A DNA stretch of 64,000 bases from Heteronotia binoei (Eukaryota). This document shows positions 36,991-48,820 of this stretch, piece by piece. Location of the stretch: contig NC_083229.1 of assembly GCF_032191835.1 (NCBI RefSeq), positions 88,288,001-88,352,000 of the forward strand, written 5' to 3'. The notes beneath the pieces were generated by a model, which made no database searches, was not told where the DNA came from, and saw only the letters and a program-made list of their open reading frames with translations. Made by a program: the position numbers and the translations under genes. Within the stretch, counting starts at the first letter, position 1; the number at the start of each line of letters is the position of its first letter.

Positions 36991-37443
36991 TGAAGGAGAG
37001 CCACTGAATAATTAATTAATACCCCCAATAATAATATTTGTCATATTGAGTAAAAATATGCTTTGTCTTCAAACAAAGGGGTCTGTTGTAAAACTACCGT
37101 TAGAAACTGACTTTACTGCCCAGTGGGTATGAGCTCCAGCTGTAAGATTAGATAAGGGAACAGCCTCCTACAGGCGACTTGCTTTATATAAATAAGTAAG
37201 GAAACTTCGTCATGGAAATTTACTAGGAGGAGTTCTGTGAAGGCAGGACCTTTGAAATCAGATAAGCCTGTGTGCCTGCCTGCTTGTTTTCTGTGTGAAT
37301 AAAACTGTCTGTATATAGAATGATTGTAACTCAGTCATTTTGGGGGCCCATGCCCGACTGGGTCCTGCTTATGGTATCATAAAGTAAACCTCGCTTCAAA
37401 CCAGTAAGTCTGTGCAGACGGACCTCATTATTTCTCTGCTTCA
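36991..37443 (+). repeat. ERV-like 5' LTR (453 bp)
   Basis: TG..CA termini, TATA-like tatataaata near 37186, AATAAA near 37298. Confidence 0.9.
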
Positions 37444-37446
37444 TTT

Positions 37447-37464
37447 TGGTGCACTGACTGCCTG
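37447..37464 (+). promoter_or_regulatory. Degenerate tRNA primer-binding site (His or Gly)
   Basis: TGGTGCACTGACTG 3 nt after the LTR matches 11/14 to both the tRNA-His and tRNA-Gly PBS as I recall them. Confidence 0.5.
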
Positions 37465-40400
37465 GAAATGAACAGGGTTAGCATATTTCCTTCCCCTTGG
37501 CTGGTTGTATAGCCTTCCACCTTCCACCCTCATGGCGGGAAGACTGGACTAGGCGCCACGGTCACATTTTTCATTGAGTCCTGCTCTCTCCGCCCCGGTG
37601 GGAGAAGGTGTCCAGTTTGCCAACCAAGACCCTGCACCTGGTTGAACCGACGTGTCCAGGGAATTGGAAGATCTTCAGGATTGTGAGTATGAACTGTCTG
37701 GGAATTCTAACTACCTCAAGAAGCAGGGTCTGATCACCCCTTAAGCTCTGTCTATTAGGCTCCACTTTGGAGCTGAAACACAGAAATTAGGATCTGGAAG
37801 GATTTCTGTGGTGTGTGTGAAGGAGAGGAGACGAAGCCTCTAAGCGAGAGGGATTTTCTCTTGTGCAGTTCCCGGTAGGGCGACCTCACTGGATCACGAG
37901 AGGGAGGAATTTAAAAACCCCAGGGCTCCCTGGCTGCCAGACCCCCTGCTGGCAGCTCCTGTTTTCTGTTTTCCCTAGAAAAATGAGTAGTTCTAAAAGA
38001 CCACTCCCGGCCAGGAAGATGCCTGGAGGGAAGATGTGCATATGTTGAAAGAAGCAAGTCAGTTTGAAAGCTCCTTGGCTTGCTCAAAACACTACTTTGT
38101 TTTGCAAGGGTGCCAGTCTCCAGGTGTAACCTGGAAATCACTCCCAAAAATATAATGTAATGCCCGGAACATTAAGGCCAGTGCCTCTGGGAGAGAAAAT
38201 GTTCACGAAAATGCACGCCTTGTAATCGTCAAATTTAATCCAAATATTCAGAAATCTCCAGCCTGGAGCTGGCATCCCAAAGTTCCACTTACAGCTAATC
38301 CTTCACTGCTAGAGAAAAGGCCCTGCCTGTAAACTGCCCTGAGGCTAAGAGTTCTCCTAGATTAGAAGCTTTTCCTCTGATAATTTTTTTTTTTGCTTTA
38401 CCTTTTGAGTCTGAAAATATTTTTCTAGTGGCTGTTATCAGTTTCCCCTGTACTTAGATTTTGTAGCTTTAATTTTAAGGGGAACACTTTTAAGATATTC
38501 AACTTGTGATCTCCTTTGTTTTAAAGAAATGGTGCACCTAATAGAAGATCTTTTGTTAATTTTTTTTAATCTGAGACAATGGGTTAAAAGTTTATATTTG
38601 CAATTTTGGGTTTACGTGGAACATCTTTTTCTGCTAAAGCAATACAGTATCAAACCTTTTGGAAATTTTATTTCTCTTGTGATATTTGTTAAGTACATCT
38701 CATACCAGGAGCATGTGGTCTTCAAGTGTTCCATCTAACACAGTTTTGTATCTTACCTTGAACTGCTTCCCAATTTTTCATTCATTTAAATCTGAAAATT
38801 CCTTTTGTTGTTGGTACTGAATTTTTATTTTCTGAAAAGAGCAGTGTTTTAAAATTCTACCTCATAAATTTTGGTTCCTACATGACCTCTTTTCATTTGA
38901 AGTGGTAACATGTGTTATATGTGTTATCTGTACCCTTCCTTGGGTAAAGCTACCCTCTCACTATGCATCTTCTCTCTTAAGACTTGAGAAACTAATACTT
39001 TGTTTTACCAGTGACCCAGTTATTCTCAGTGTTGTGTTTCCCATAGAAATACCTTTTCTAGATTTGCTGGTAATTCACTAGGCAGAATTCCTGAAAATTC
39101 TTGGTCTTCATTAGAAATCTGGAGTTTAATAATGTTCTGCATTCCTCAAATGTATATCTTCATCTGCTCTCTTAATGTCATTTATAGTTATGTTCCATCT
39201 ATGAACTGTGCATATCAATCTTCCTATTTAGCTATTTGGTGAACCTCTTACCTGTGGAAAGAGGCATCTACATGCTTATCTATCTTATTTTATGCCTCCA
39301 TCTATAGTATTTTGTTAGAGCTTGACCTTTTCTGAGTGTTTTGTTTAGAAAATCCTTTCCTTGTTTCATGTTCTTACCATGGTAGGACTCCAATTCTACT
39401 TGATTTTGTGTTTCAATCCAGTCTCCAGTCCTGGCCAGGCTTGCTACTGGATAACACATTTCCATTTGCTTGTTTTAAGTTTCTGCCTCTCTATTATTTC
39501 AACCTTATTCATCAAGGTGCATTATTTGGCACCCTGCTTTATGCATCAGTTTTGAATTATATCTTTACACTGCCCCACACAGTTTTGAATTATATCTTTG
39601 CGCTGACCCATACATCTCCTTGGCTGTGCAAGCTCCTTAGTAGGTTTTCTCCTAAATTCATATATATATAGTGCATGCTTATTATAAGTAGATTTAAGAA
39701 TTGCTTTGTGTGTTTGTCAAGCTGTATTAACCAGAATTTGCTTTCCAGGATTGTTTTGTTATATATGAAGGAAACTCAGACTGCAATTCAAGTTTAGTGC
39801 ATGCTCATCATTATATAGTAGTTTTAAGAATTGCTGGTATGTCTGCTAAGAATTGTTTGTTTAAGGATTAACTATTATTTGCTTTAAGAATTTTGTTGTT
39901 AAAGTTTGTTGACACCCACTCTCACACCTATGTGAGACCCACAGAACAAATTTTGGATGAGCTGGCACAGAGAAAAATGGGGTTCAGTGGGACTTGATCA
40001 CCCTACTGATTTCCAATGGTTTAAATTCTCTAATGCAGTTCTCTAATCATTTTGGGTCTGATCCCTCGCATACGTGTATGTTAAAACTGGTATTGTTCTA
40101 TTGAGGCCTCAGTTTTGTTTTGTTTGTTTTTGACGTTTTTCTTATTTTTGACAATTTCATATATTCCAAAACTATAGCAAAAGTTTTTCTTCCCTTTTTG
40201 TGACCATTTTCATAATCCAGGGGTAATCCCAACTCTGGTAATCTCTTCTTGGAGCTCCAATCGTGTGCACAGTTTCATGTTTTCTTTTTTAAAAAATTCA
40301 TATCCGTTGCAACAAAGTAAAAAGCCTCTCATGAACCTCTAGGTGCATGCTTTCTATATGGATGTGCACTAGCCTAAATCATGAGAAGTGATGCATAGGT

Positions 40401-42080
40401 TTATATTGTGGATTTGTGTTCTGCATAATGTATGGTGTATGAAATCTGCCCTTTAACATTGGAAGGGTAAGAGACCTTGTCAAACTGAAACTCCATGTGA
40501 GGAGGAGGAAGTCTCCAGTCCAAAGCAAGTGTGGTAATTTAATGTTTGCAACCCTATCTTAACAGGGTTGGACTCAAGTTATGGCAATCTGTGGACAGCC
40601 AAGGAAAGCTTTAAAGGGGGAAAGTACCTACTATGGTTGTTTTGTTTGTTTCTCCAAGTATGCTTTCCAGGCTCTTCCATATCTACCCAGAGGTCCTGAA
40701 ATTTGCCTGGCCATGCCTCATTGATGTTGGAAGGACCCCAGAATGCCATCCAAACTGAGTTGTGGAGAAAACTCATTTCAGGGAAATTCCTCTGCCTAGC
40801 AAAAGGCTAGTTGCCCCAGCTTGCCACTTCCAAGTTGTGTTTCCAGAAAAAAAATTCCTTTTGGCTGCAATAAAAAACAGATTTCCCTGTGAATAGACTG
40901 TCATGCATAAAGCATGCAAACCCTCCATGAACTCAAGGAAGAAGACCTTTTGTTAGACTAAGGGGGGAGGGATACAAGGAATTAGTCAGGAAATTGTTTT
41001 TCTATTGTAAATAATGTGGCCAAATGTAGACTGCCCGCAACTGGCAATGTTTCCAAGTATGTCTGAATGTGTGTATCTTAATCACCCAGGCTACAACAAG
41101 GTGTTTGCCATAAAGGCACATGAGTTGATCCAGTTTATAGCATGTCACTTGCATATGTCCCTTATTATTGCTTATGCGTTTTAGAAATTGAGATGAGTTC
41201 TTGTATTCTTGCATCATAGCTAGTAATGTTTTATTGATAAAGAAATGTTCCCTAGGATCCTTTCAAGTTTTATGTTCACAAATTTAGCCTGGACATATGT
41301 AATTATTCAATGCATATATCATGAATAGATTTCCCTGTTCAAGTGATTGGTTATCTCAAAAATGAAATGTATCTCTAGCCTCCTCTTTCCTCTACCTCCT
41401 CCTCAAGATCCTCCCAAATTTCAGTGATAGTTAGTTTTCAGTACCAAGACACATAGTCCCCTTTTTCCTGATTGGATTTTTTTTAATTTTAACGCATGTA
41501 TAGCCTATTTTTTGGTAGTTGACATTCCTAAGCCATTCCCCTTTGTCAAAACTGTGTCTCAACCCTGGTTGTTTGAAGTCTGATCGGCGCATCATGAAAT
41601 GTGGCACACACACTCTAAGGATTGGGCAGTGACAAAGGGGGGGGGGGAATTGATATCAGAGTGCTGCCGAATAAAGAGGGTAGCCTTAAAAGACATGAGG
41701 GGCCCCTCTCAAGCTAGCCTGTGTGCCCAGAAAGGCCCCATGATGGAGACCAGGAAAACTCCATATTGGAAGGCTGGGCTGCATGGCCAAGGTATGCCTC
41801 TGAGTGACCTTCCCCCACACACACATCTTCTCTAGATGGAAAAATACAGGGATGTGCCAGTGTGAATGGATAATCCCATCACTGTCTCTCCTCCTCCCAT
41901 GACCCATCTTTACCCCATCTCTGTCAATATACTATTTCATTACCCCATTGTAGTATCATTTCAGTCTTTCCTGGGAATGTCGAAACCAAATTGTCACCTA
42001 GCTGCCCTTCCTGAGTGGTCATACAGAAATTTGTTTAATGATGATGATGGTCAGTTTCCTTCAAACTAAATAAGTTTTCA

Positions 42081-42098
42081 GAAGACTGAAAAAGGGAA
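42081..42098 (+). promoter_or_regulatory. Polypurine tract
   Basis: gaagactgaaaaagggaa abuts the 3' LTR. Confidence 0.65.
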
Positions 42099-42539
42099 TG
42101 AAGGAGAGCCCATGAATAATTAATAATACCCGCAATAATAATATTTGTCATATTGAATAAAAATATGCTTTGTCTTCAAACAAAGGTGTCTGTTGTAAAA
42201 CTGCCGTTAGAAACTGACTTTACCGCCCAGTGGGTGTGAGCTCCAGCTGAGATTAGATAAGGAACAGCCTCCTACAGGCGACTTGCTGTATATAGATAAG
42301 TAAGGAAACTTCGTAATGGAAATTTACTAGAAGGAGTTCTGTGAAAGCAGGACCTTTGAAATCAGACCTGTGTGCCTGCCTGCTTGTTTTCTGTGTGAAT
42401 AAAACTGTCTGCATGTAGAATGACTGTAACTCAGTCATTTTGGGGGCCCATGCCCGACTGGGTCCTGCTTATGGTACCATAAAGTAAACCTCGCTTCAAA
42501 CCAGTAAGTCTGTGTGGACCTCGTTATTTCTCTGCTTCA
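42099..42539 (+). repeat. ERV-like 3' LTR (441 bp)
   Basis: Direct repeat of 36991-37443, followed by CATG. Confidence 0.9.
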
Positions 42540-42891
42540 CATGGTCTAGGGAAAAAACAGACCGAGGAGGTTCAATGTCTGGGGATTATGGACCCCCAGA
42601 CTACAAACCAGGTTGTGGCCCATTTGGTCCATATAAAAAGCCATTTAAAATTTAAATGGCTTTTGTGCAAAGCTGCACAGTGAACTCGCCACTCAGCCCT
42701 CACTTATACACCTGCACAGCGTTGCAAAAGCCATTTAAAGGGAACATATAGTCCTTGGAAAATTTAGGTTTATGGCCCAGTCTGTGCCCACCCCTAGTCC
42801 TAGTCCACTAAGCAAAGTCTGAAACCTGTTTCCAACTCTGAAGATGAAGGCAGGCTCCTTAAACTGGAAAAACTTTCTGAACACTATAGAA

Positions 42892-43642
42892 CAGGGGTGT
42901 CAAATATCCGTCTTGTGGGCCAGAATCAGCCCGCCCAGGGCTTTAATCAGGGTCCTGTCCTCACCCTTTGAAGCTCGGAAGCTGCTGAAATTTCCAGTTC
43001 CTTCTTCCTTGTCTTTCCAGGCTGAACCAGGAAGCAATTCTGGGCTTGCAAAGCTGCAAAGAAAATGCAGAATGGACTTTTTTAATGGAAAATCAATTCC
43101 ACATTTTCCTTGCAACTTTGTCTGTGCTGCAGCATTCCTATGGCCAGCTGAAGCTGTTGCTTCGTGGAATTGTGTCCTTCAAATAAATGGTTGATGCTTT
43201 GAGCCAGCTTGTCTCTGGTTAGTGGACCTGAGAATTGGTACCTAGTGAGTACTTTAACCTGGAAACAGTCAAAGGGAGCTCTTATCCTGGAGAGCCATCA
43301 CCTATTTATGTAGACCTGGAAGGCAGGGGGAGAAGCTTGCAATGCAATCTCATTGTTTTCCCAGGCTCAGAGCATTTTATATTTTCTGTTTCTGCTGTGA
43401 TCTTTGTGCTTTTTCTTGAAGTTTTATTTATTTATTCCCTCACCTTTCCATTTTAAACAAAATACTGCAAGAGTTTTAAGAATATTTGTATTTTAAGTTA
43501 AAACATATCTTTAATTGTGTTTGTCTGTGTCCTTTATAAAGTTTATATCTCCAGTACCTCATTTTAAATGTTATGGCCTGGCCCAACAAAATCCCATTTG
43601 TGTCAGATCCACCCCTCCTAATGAATGAGTTTGACACCCCTA
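42892..43642. mobile_element. hAT-Charlie-like MITE
   Basis: TIR caggggtgtcaaa / tttgacaccccta; left flank ctatagaa resembles NTCTAGAN; homologous to the 55997 and 58686 copies. Confidence 0.75.
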
Positions 43643-45302
43643 TAGATAGAATATCAACCACTATTATCCTTGAATTTTTTTAAAAGTCTGGTTTTTTACA
43701 AACAATAATAATAATGAATTGTAAAAAGGCACAAATATGAGATGTCAACAAAAATGCATACAATCCAAAGCAATAAACATGACTGTGACCTTCTTATGTA
43801 GAACAAAGTGCTCCAGACTATTGCATTCCTGTTTTTATCTTTGTGCTTCATCATGAACTTTCCCTATCATTCAGTGATTCATTGGACCAAGCATCAGCTT
43901 TACTGTATAATATATTTGTATCTTCGAGGTAGGCCATAAATGCACACTGTATTGCATGGCAAACACTGTATATGAAAAAATAATAAAAGCAGGGGGGGGG
44001 GGGGGGACGAGGAACCAGCTGTAATCCAACCACACAGCAGATGTTGAAATGTTATGAGACCCACCACATTGAATGTTTTTTCATGAGATAAGCCAAATGC
44101 AGAGGTGTCAGTACAGGAATAGACTGTTTACACAAAGATGTAAGTACCTTCTGTGAAATCTAAAATACTTTTCATACTGGAGACCAGGCACAGGCTCTCA
44201 GATCTGAAATATTTACTTACACTTATTAGAGTCAGTAATCCTAAAGCTTGATATTGCTGTTAATCTTGAGAACCATATTATAATTTATTTCCTCATAAAA
44301 AAATCTCATTTTGGACATCATCAGAACTAATCCAAATAAATTATAATCAAAATCCAAATCAGCTACTTTTTAATGAATGGTCTGGTCATATTTCAGTGCT
44401 AACCCAGCAACCTGCTCTGGTTGTGTATGTGTGCAGATTTCATGTAATCTGCATTCTGAATTATGTCCAAATTATTTTGAGTGTATTAGCAGCCAGACCC
44501 TTCCTTAAACTCAGAGAAGTCTGGTGCAAGCACTACCAGGGCCTGGGCAGGCCAGGACATCAAACATTGATACCAGTCAAATAGCTTCATGGGAAAGTGA
44601 GAGAAATATACTTTGATTAAATTAGGAGGTGGTCAGAACAGGTGTCTTTTCCCCACCCTAAAGGCTTAATTTAAGCAAACAGATTACTTATGTGAAACAT
44701 CTCAGGAAGACTGTTAGCGACTCAAGCAAGCACTTTGTTCTGCTTTGTTCAACTGCTTCAGACCAATAAGGCTGCCCACTTTGATCAAGCAAGCAATTAC
44801 TCTCAAACCCTCTTTTGCATACTCAAGACCACTGGTTCCTCTTCATTATCACCTAAGTACAACTTAATCCCATTATCTCAGTGTCACCTGTCCAGTCAAA
44901 TCTTCCTGGGTCATCATTAGCAGCCATCAAGCCATGGCCCAAACCTTCGTTTCACTTTGGTATTGCAATCATCATGATTGTTCTCCAAATGTTTCCCACC
45001 AAAAAAGACACACACTTTCCCACAGCCTCAGGGCACAATTTTCCAATAAGAATTGGCCTTGATTCTGAAACCCCGCTTAGAGAGTGTTGTGTGTTCCTGG
45101 TACACCAATTACATACACCCCCAATTCATGGGCTTCCTTTTCTCTCCTCCACAGAATGAAATGCAGGCCATTTCTCTCTAGATCTTCTGCTTCTACAGAC
45201 CTCTCTACAATTGGTAAATATCACTTGATTCCTAAAATGCTGTTTCCTCACTCCTCTCTGATTTGCTAGTTATCTCTTGAATGTTGTATGTTTTGCTGAA
45301 CA

Positions 45303-47300
45303 AAACACTGGAACCTACCTGAAGGTTTCTTCTCTTCAATGGGGCAAAATCATTCAAATCAGTCACGCCTCCTCTTAATCCAGGCAGGACTATGCAAATT
45401 TGTGTAGATTGTAGAAGTTCAGAGCTAAACTGACTTTCCAGTCTTAGTATAGCCCACTTCCATAACAGTTGGGGGGGGGAGGGCGCTGTCTGACTAGGTT
45501 GTTGGTTTTTCGTTTTTTGCGGTGGAGATTAGATTGAATCACCTCACTAACGAGAAGACACTTTCAGGTAGGTTCCAATGTTTCATTCTCCTTTAGTGAG
45601 GGAAGTAATCCAAACCAGTTATATGCCCAAACTACAACCTGGGTGGGATCCTAATTTTATTTTTATTCTGTTCCACCACCATGTTCCACACTTTTTACCA
45701 GATGAAGCTTCCACAGACTTTAACTGGTCCTATTTATAATGTCTCACACAGGTAAAAAAAAATGAACCAGGTTGCAGCTTTACAGATTTCTTCCCTGAAA
45801 ACGCAAATGGAATGTTGCTGCAGATGTGGTGGAGTGGGCCATATCGTCATTTGGCGGCCCCAAGACCTTGAACTTCATATGCCTTTCAGAGTTGACTTAG
45901 GATTGTTTTCCAGTCCCTGGATCTTTTGGGGACTACATATAAATCCCATGGAAATGCTTTTCTAAGGGCACCAGTTCCTCTACTAAATGTTGAATAGGAC
46001 ACAACAGGTGTTTCTGTTCTGTCTTCGGAAGTGGGGAAGCATAGAAATGATGTGGGTGGGAAATAAATTCTATCCTATATCCATTCCGGATGATGGAGAG
46101 TGCCCACTGGTCAGTCATCAACTCTGTCCAGATGTGGAGAAACTGCTGGAGTCAACCCACAGTTGGGTGGGTCTTTGTTTTGTTGGTTCCTGTCTTGTTT
46201 GTTAGGACGGATCTGTCTCTGTTGAAATCGAGACCCATAGCCAAAGATGCAGGAGCTCCTAAAATCCTTCTGCTCCTGTTTTTGTTTATTTTTTTGTTTT
46301 GTTTTTAATGTAGATAAATCTGAAATAGACAGAGGATCCACCTTCCATAGAAAGCCATAGATTCCTTCTAATAACCATTATAATGGTTATTAGAAGATTC
46401 CTTCTAATAACCATTATAATTCTGTGCTCTGGCACAGAATGGCATGGCCTCTTGGGATGCATCTGCTGCAAATTTTGCAGCCTTTATAATATTTAGGATG
46501 AATCTCCTGAGGGAGATTATCAGCCCAAACCATGATGGTCATGTCCATGGTGAAATTTGAGGGTATGGCAGAAACTCATTATCAGAGAGGCTGTTGTCAT
46601 GCGATTCCCTACGGCCATCTCATTCTCATCCTCTTCATCATTATTATCCACTGAACTCTTAAACATATTGTTCACATCCTTAGGCAACACTGCTCCAGAA
46701 TGTAGGACTAGTACCAGAGTGTCTATCAGAGGTCTTCCATGTTGCTTGCTGGAAAGGTGAAGACTTTTCTCCCTATACCTGCAAGAAAGTACTATTGCCT
46801 GAACAGCCCATTCTGCCTTTCCATATAATCAAAGAATTCAGGGAATGGACAAACTCAGGACCCTTTGCATGGTCTCTTAAAACCTTTAGTATCTAAATTG
46901 GTTGAAGCAAATGATCTAGGTTTTTATGTTGTATCTAATTTGCAGTTAAGAGACGGGAAAGACACCATTTTTAATCTGCAGAAATGTTCCATATGGAAAG
47001 GCCTAGAAGAATTTCCCCAGGAAAGGTTTAGAGAAAGGTCTAGACCATTCACCCTCCTCTTTATCAGAGCTGGTTGCCATAGATCCTTTGGTTGAAAGGA
47101 ACTTCTCCACCCCCAAACCCAAGCCTGACATGGGTGGTGAGGGATAATGGAAACATCTCTTTTGACTAGTTCTCAAAAGCTCCTGATTTCATCAGTCTAG
47201 CATCCTTATGGACGAGATCAGCCACCACTTGGCCAGCTACTCCCAGACACAGAAAGGCTAACATGATTCCTAGTTGCATATGCATGGGATTGGGAGGCCC
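45303..47300 (-). mobile_element. DIRS1-like tyrosine-recombinase retrotransposon, internally deleted
   Basis: RT N-terminus WALSIIRNGYRIEF (45933-46121) lies next to the YR C-terminal motifs AHSTTSAAT and EEICKAATW (about 45765-45850); 32-bp inverted pair 45303-45334 / 45552-45583. The 5' boundary is uncertain. Confidence 0.75.
46360..46420. repeat. Direct-inverted-direct micro-triplication containing a 32-bp perfect palindrome
   Basis: Palindrome cttctaataaccattataatggttattagaag (46365-46396); 25-mer repeated at 46360 and 46396. Confidence 0.9.
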
Positions 47301-47790
47301 AGTCCAGACTAAAGGCCTACATCTTCCAATCTGCAGAGAGAAAGCAGGAAAATGCACGGAAAATCTGAGAGAGAAAGCAGGAAAATGCAGGAAAAATCTG
47401 AGCAGCCACTCTGTTGGAATTTACCTGAATCCACAGGAGAAAGCCTCACAGAAACTTGAGCAAGGAGAAACTGCTCTGCTGTGCTGCCATCCCTGCTTGG
47501 ATCAGCACATTGTTTACTTTGGAAGTCCTTATCCCCAAGCTTCAATGTATCTCAGGGGCAGGTCTCACCTTCAGCTCCAATCCTCTTGCTCCCTGTAGGC
47601 CTGGAAGCCTCCTAATCTGTATGGGGAGAGTCACCCACTGTGATCTCCTCATGGTTGCCTGGTCCAAACAGAGCTCTGGTGGGCTTTCCAGCGCAGTTGA
47701 GGGCCAGCTGAAGAGTGACCTAAAGCCCCGGGTCTGCCAGCACTGCCAATGTCCCATGTCACTGGCAGATGCATCCACCACTGACCAATC

Positions 47791-48064
47791 CAAGTCAGTT
47801 TGGTATAGTGGTTAGGTGCGTGGACTCTCATCTGGGAGAACTGAGTTTGATTCCACACACCTCCACATGTGCTGCTGATGTGACTTTGGATCAGCCACAA
47901 GTTCTCTCAAAGCTGTTCTGTCAAGAGTGGTTATGGGAAAGCTCTCTCAGCCACACCTACCTCACAGGGTGTCCCTTGTGGGGAGGGGAAGGGAGATAAT
48001 AAGCTGCTCTGAGAATCATTTGGGTAGCAAAGGTGGGGTATAAATCTAATCTCTTCTTCTTCTT
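47791..48064 (+). mobile_element. Squam3-like SINE, full length, diverged
   Basis: cagtttggtatagtggttagg head; cctcacagggtgtc core; (TTC)n tail. Confidence 0.85.
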
Positions 48065-48820
48065 TTCCCCCAATGCCTAAAGCCTCAGGTGAGAAGCCTG
48101 TCTCAGTTGTCTCCCCATTCTTTCTATGAGGGTCCTTCCTCAAGGCATTTCTGTCTTCCATACAAACAAGGTAAGAGACTCCAAGAGAGCGGGTCTAGGC
48201 TCAGACTCAGCAGATCTCTCCTGGGCTTTATCTATGCAGTCAGGGGCCAGCTGTGCAACAACCTGAAACTTCAGGTTTGCCAGCACTGACAATGCCTTGT
48301 GCCACTATAGATGTATCTACAATTGGCCAATCTCTGATGCCTGGAACCTCAGGTGGGAGAGACTTGTCTTAATGGTCTCTTTTTTCTCTTTTTTAAGAAA
48401 CTGGTGATGGGGCCTTTCTTCAAGGTTTTCTGTCTTCCATACCAATGAGCAAACATATCGATAAGGTAAGAGGCTCCAAGAAAGCAGAATCTCCAAGAAA
48501 GCAGAGCTGGGGCCTGCTGCAGTCGGAGGGCTATAAAATACCGGAGGGTCAGTCTACACATATTTGCATAGCCCTGCCTGGAGCAAGAGGAGGCATGACC
48601 TAACCAGTTTGGATTACTTCCCTCACTGAAGGAGAATGAACCTTTCTCTCTTTTCTCATTTTCCTTGTTAATAAAAAGACTCTTTAGTTCAAACAAATCA
48701 CTCGTTTATTTCGAGAGTTCTCACAGGCAATCTCCATAAATGTTGGTGTTTTGATTCCAGTTGCCCCCACTTGCACAGTCTCCTATGATAATTCCCATCC
48801 ACTCAACTAACTGAAGACTT

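Larger units (their letters stand above)
36991..42539 (+). mobile_element. ERV-like LTR element with no recognisable coding sequence in its 4.65-kb interior (non-autonomous)
   Basis: TGAAG..CTTCA LTRs at 36991-37443 and 42099-42539 (about 95% similar by eye), 4-bp TSD CATG, PBS-like sequence and PPT. Confidence 0.88.

Noticed and set aside
47791-47870. tRNA-like sequences at SINE heads (also 5590-5661 and 60653-60720)
   Set aside because: These are SINE A/B boxes continuing into CORE and L2 tail, not tRNA genes.
48100-48800. LTR-like or DIRS-5'-like region with a duplicated ttctgtcttccatac motif
   Set aside because: No termini, TSD or coding motif could be assigned.
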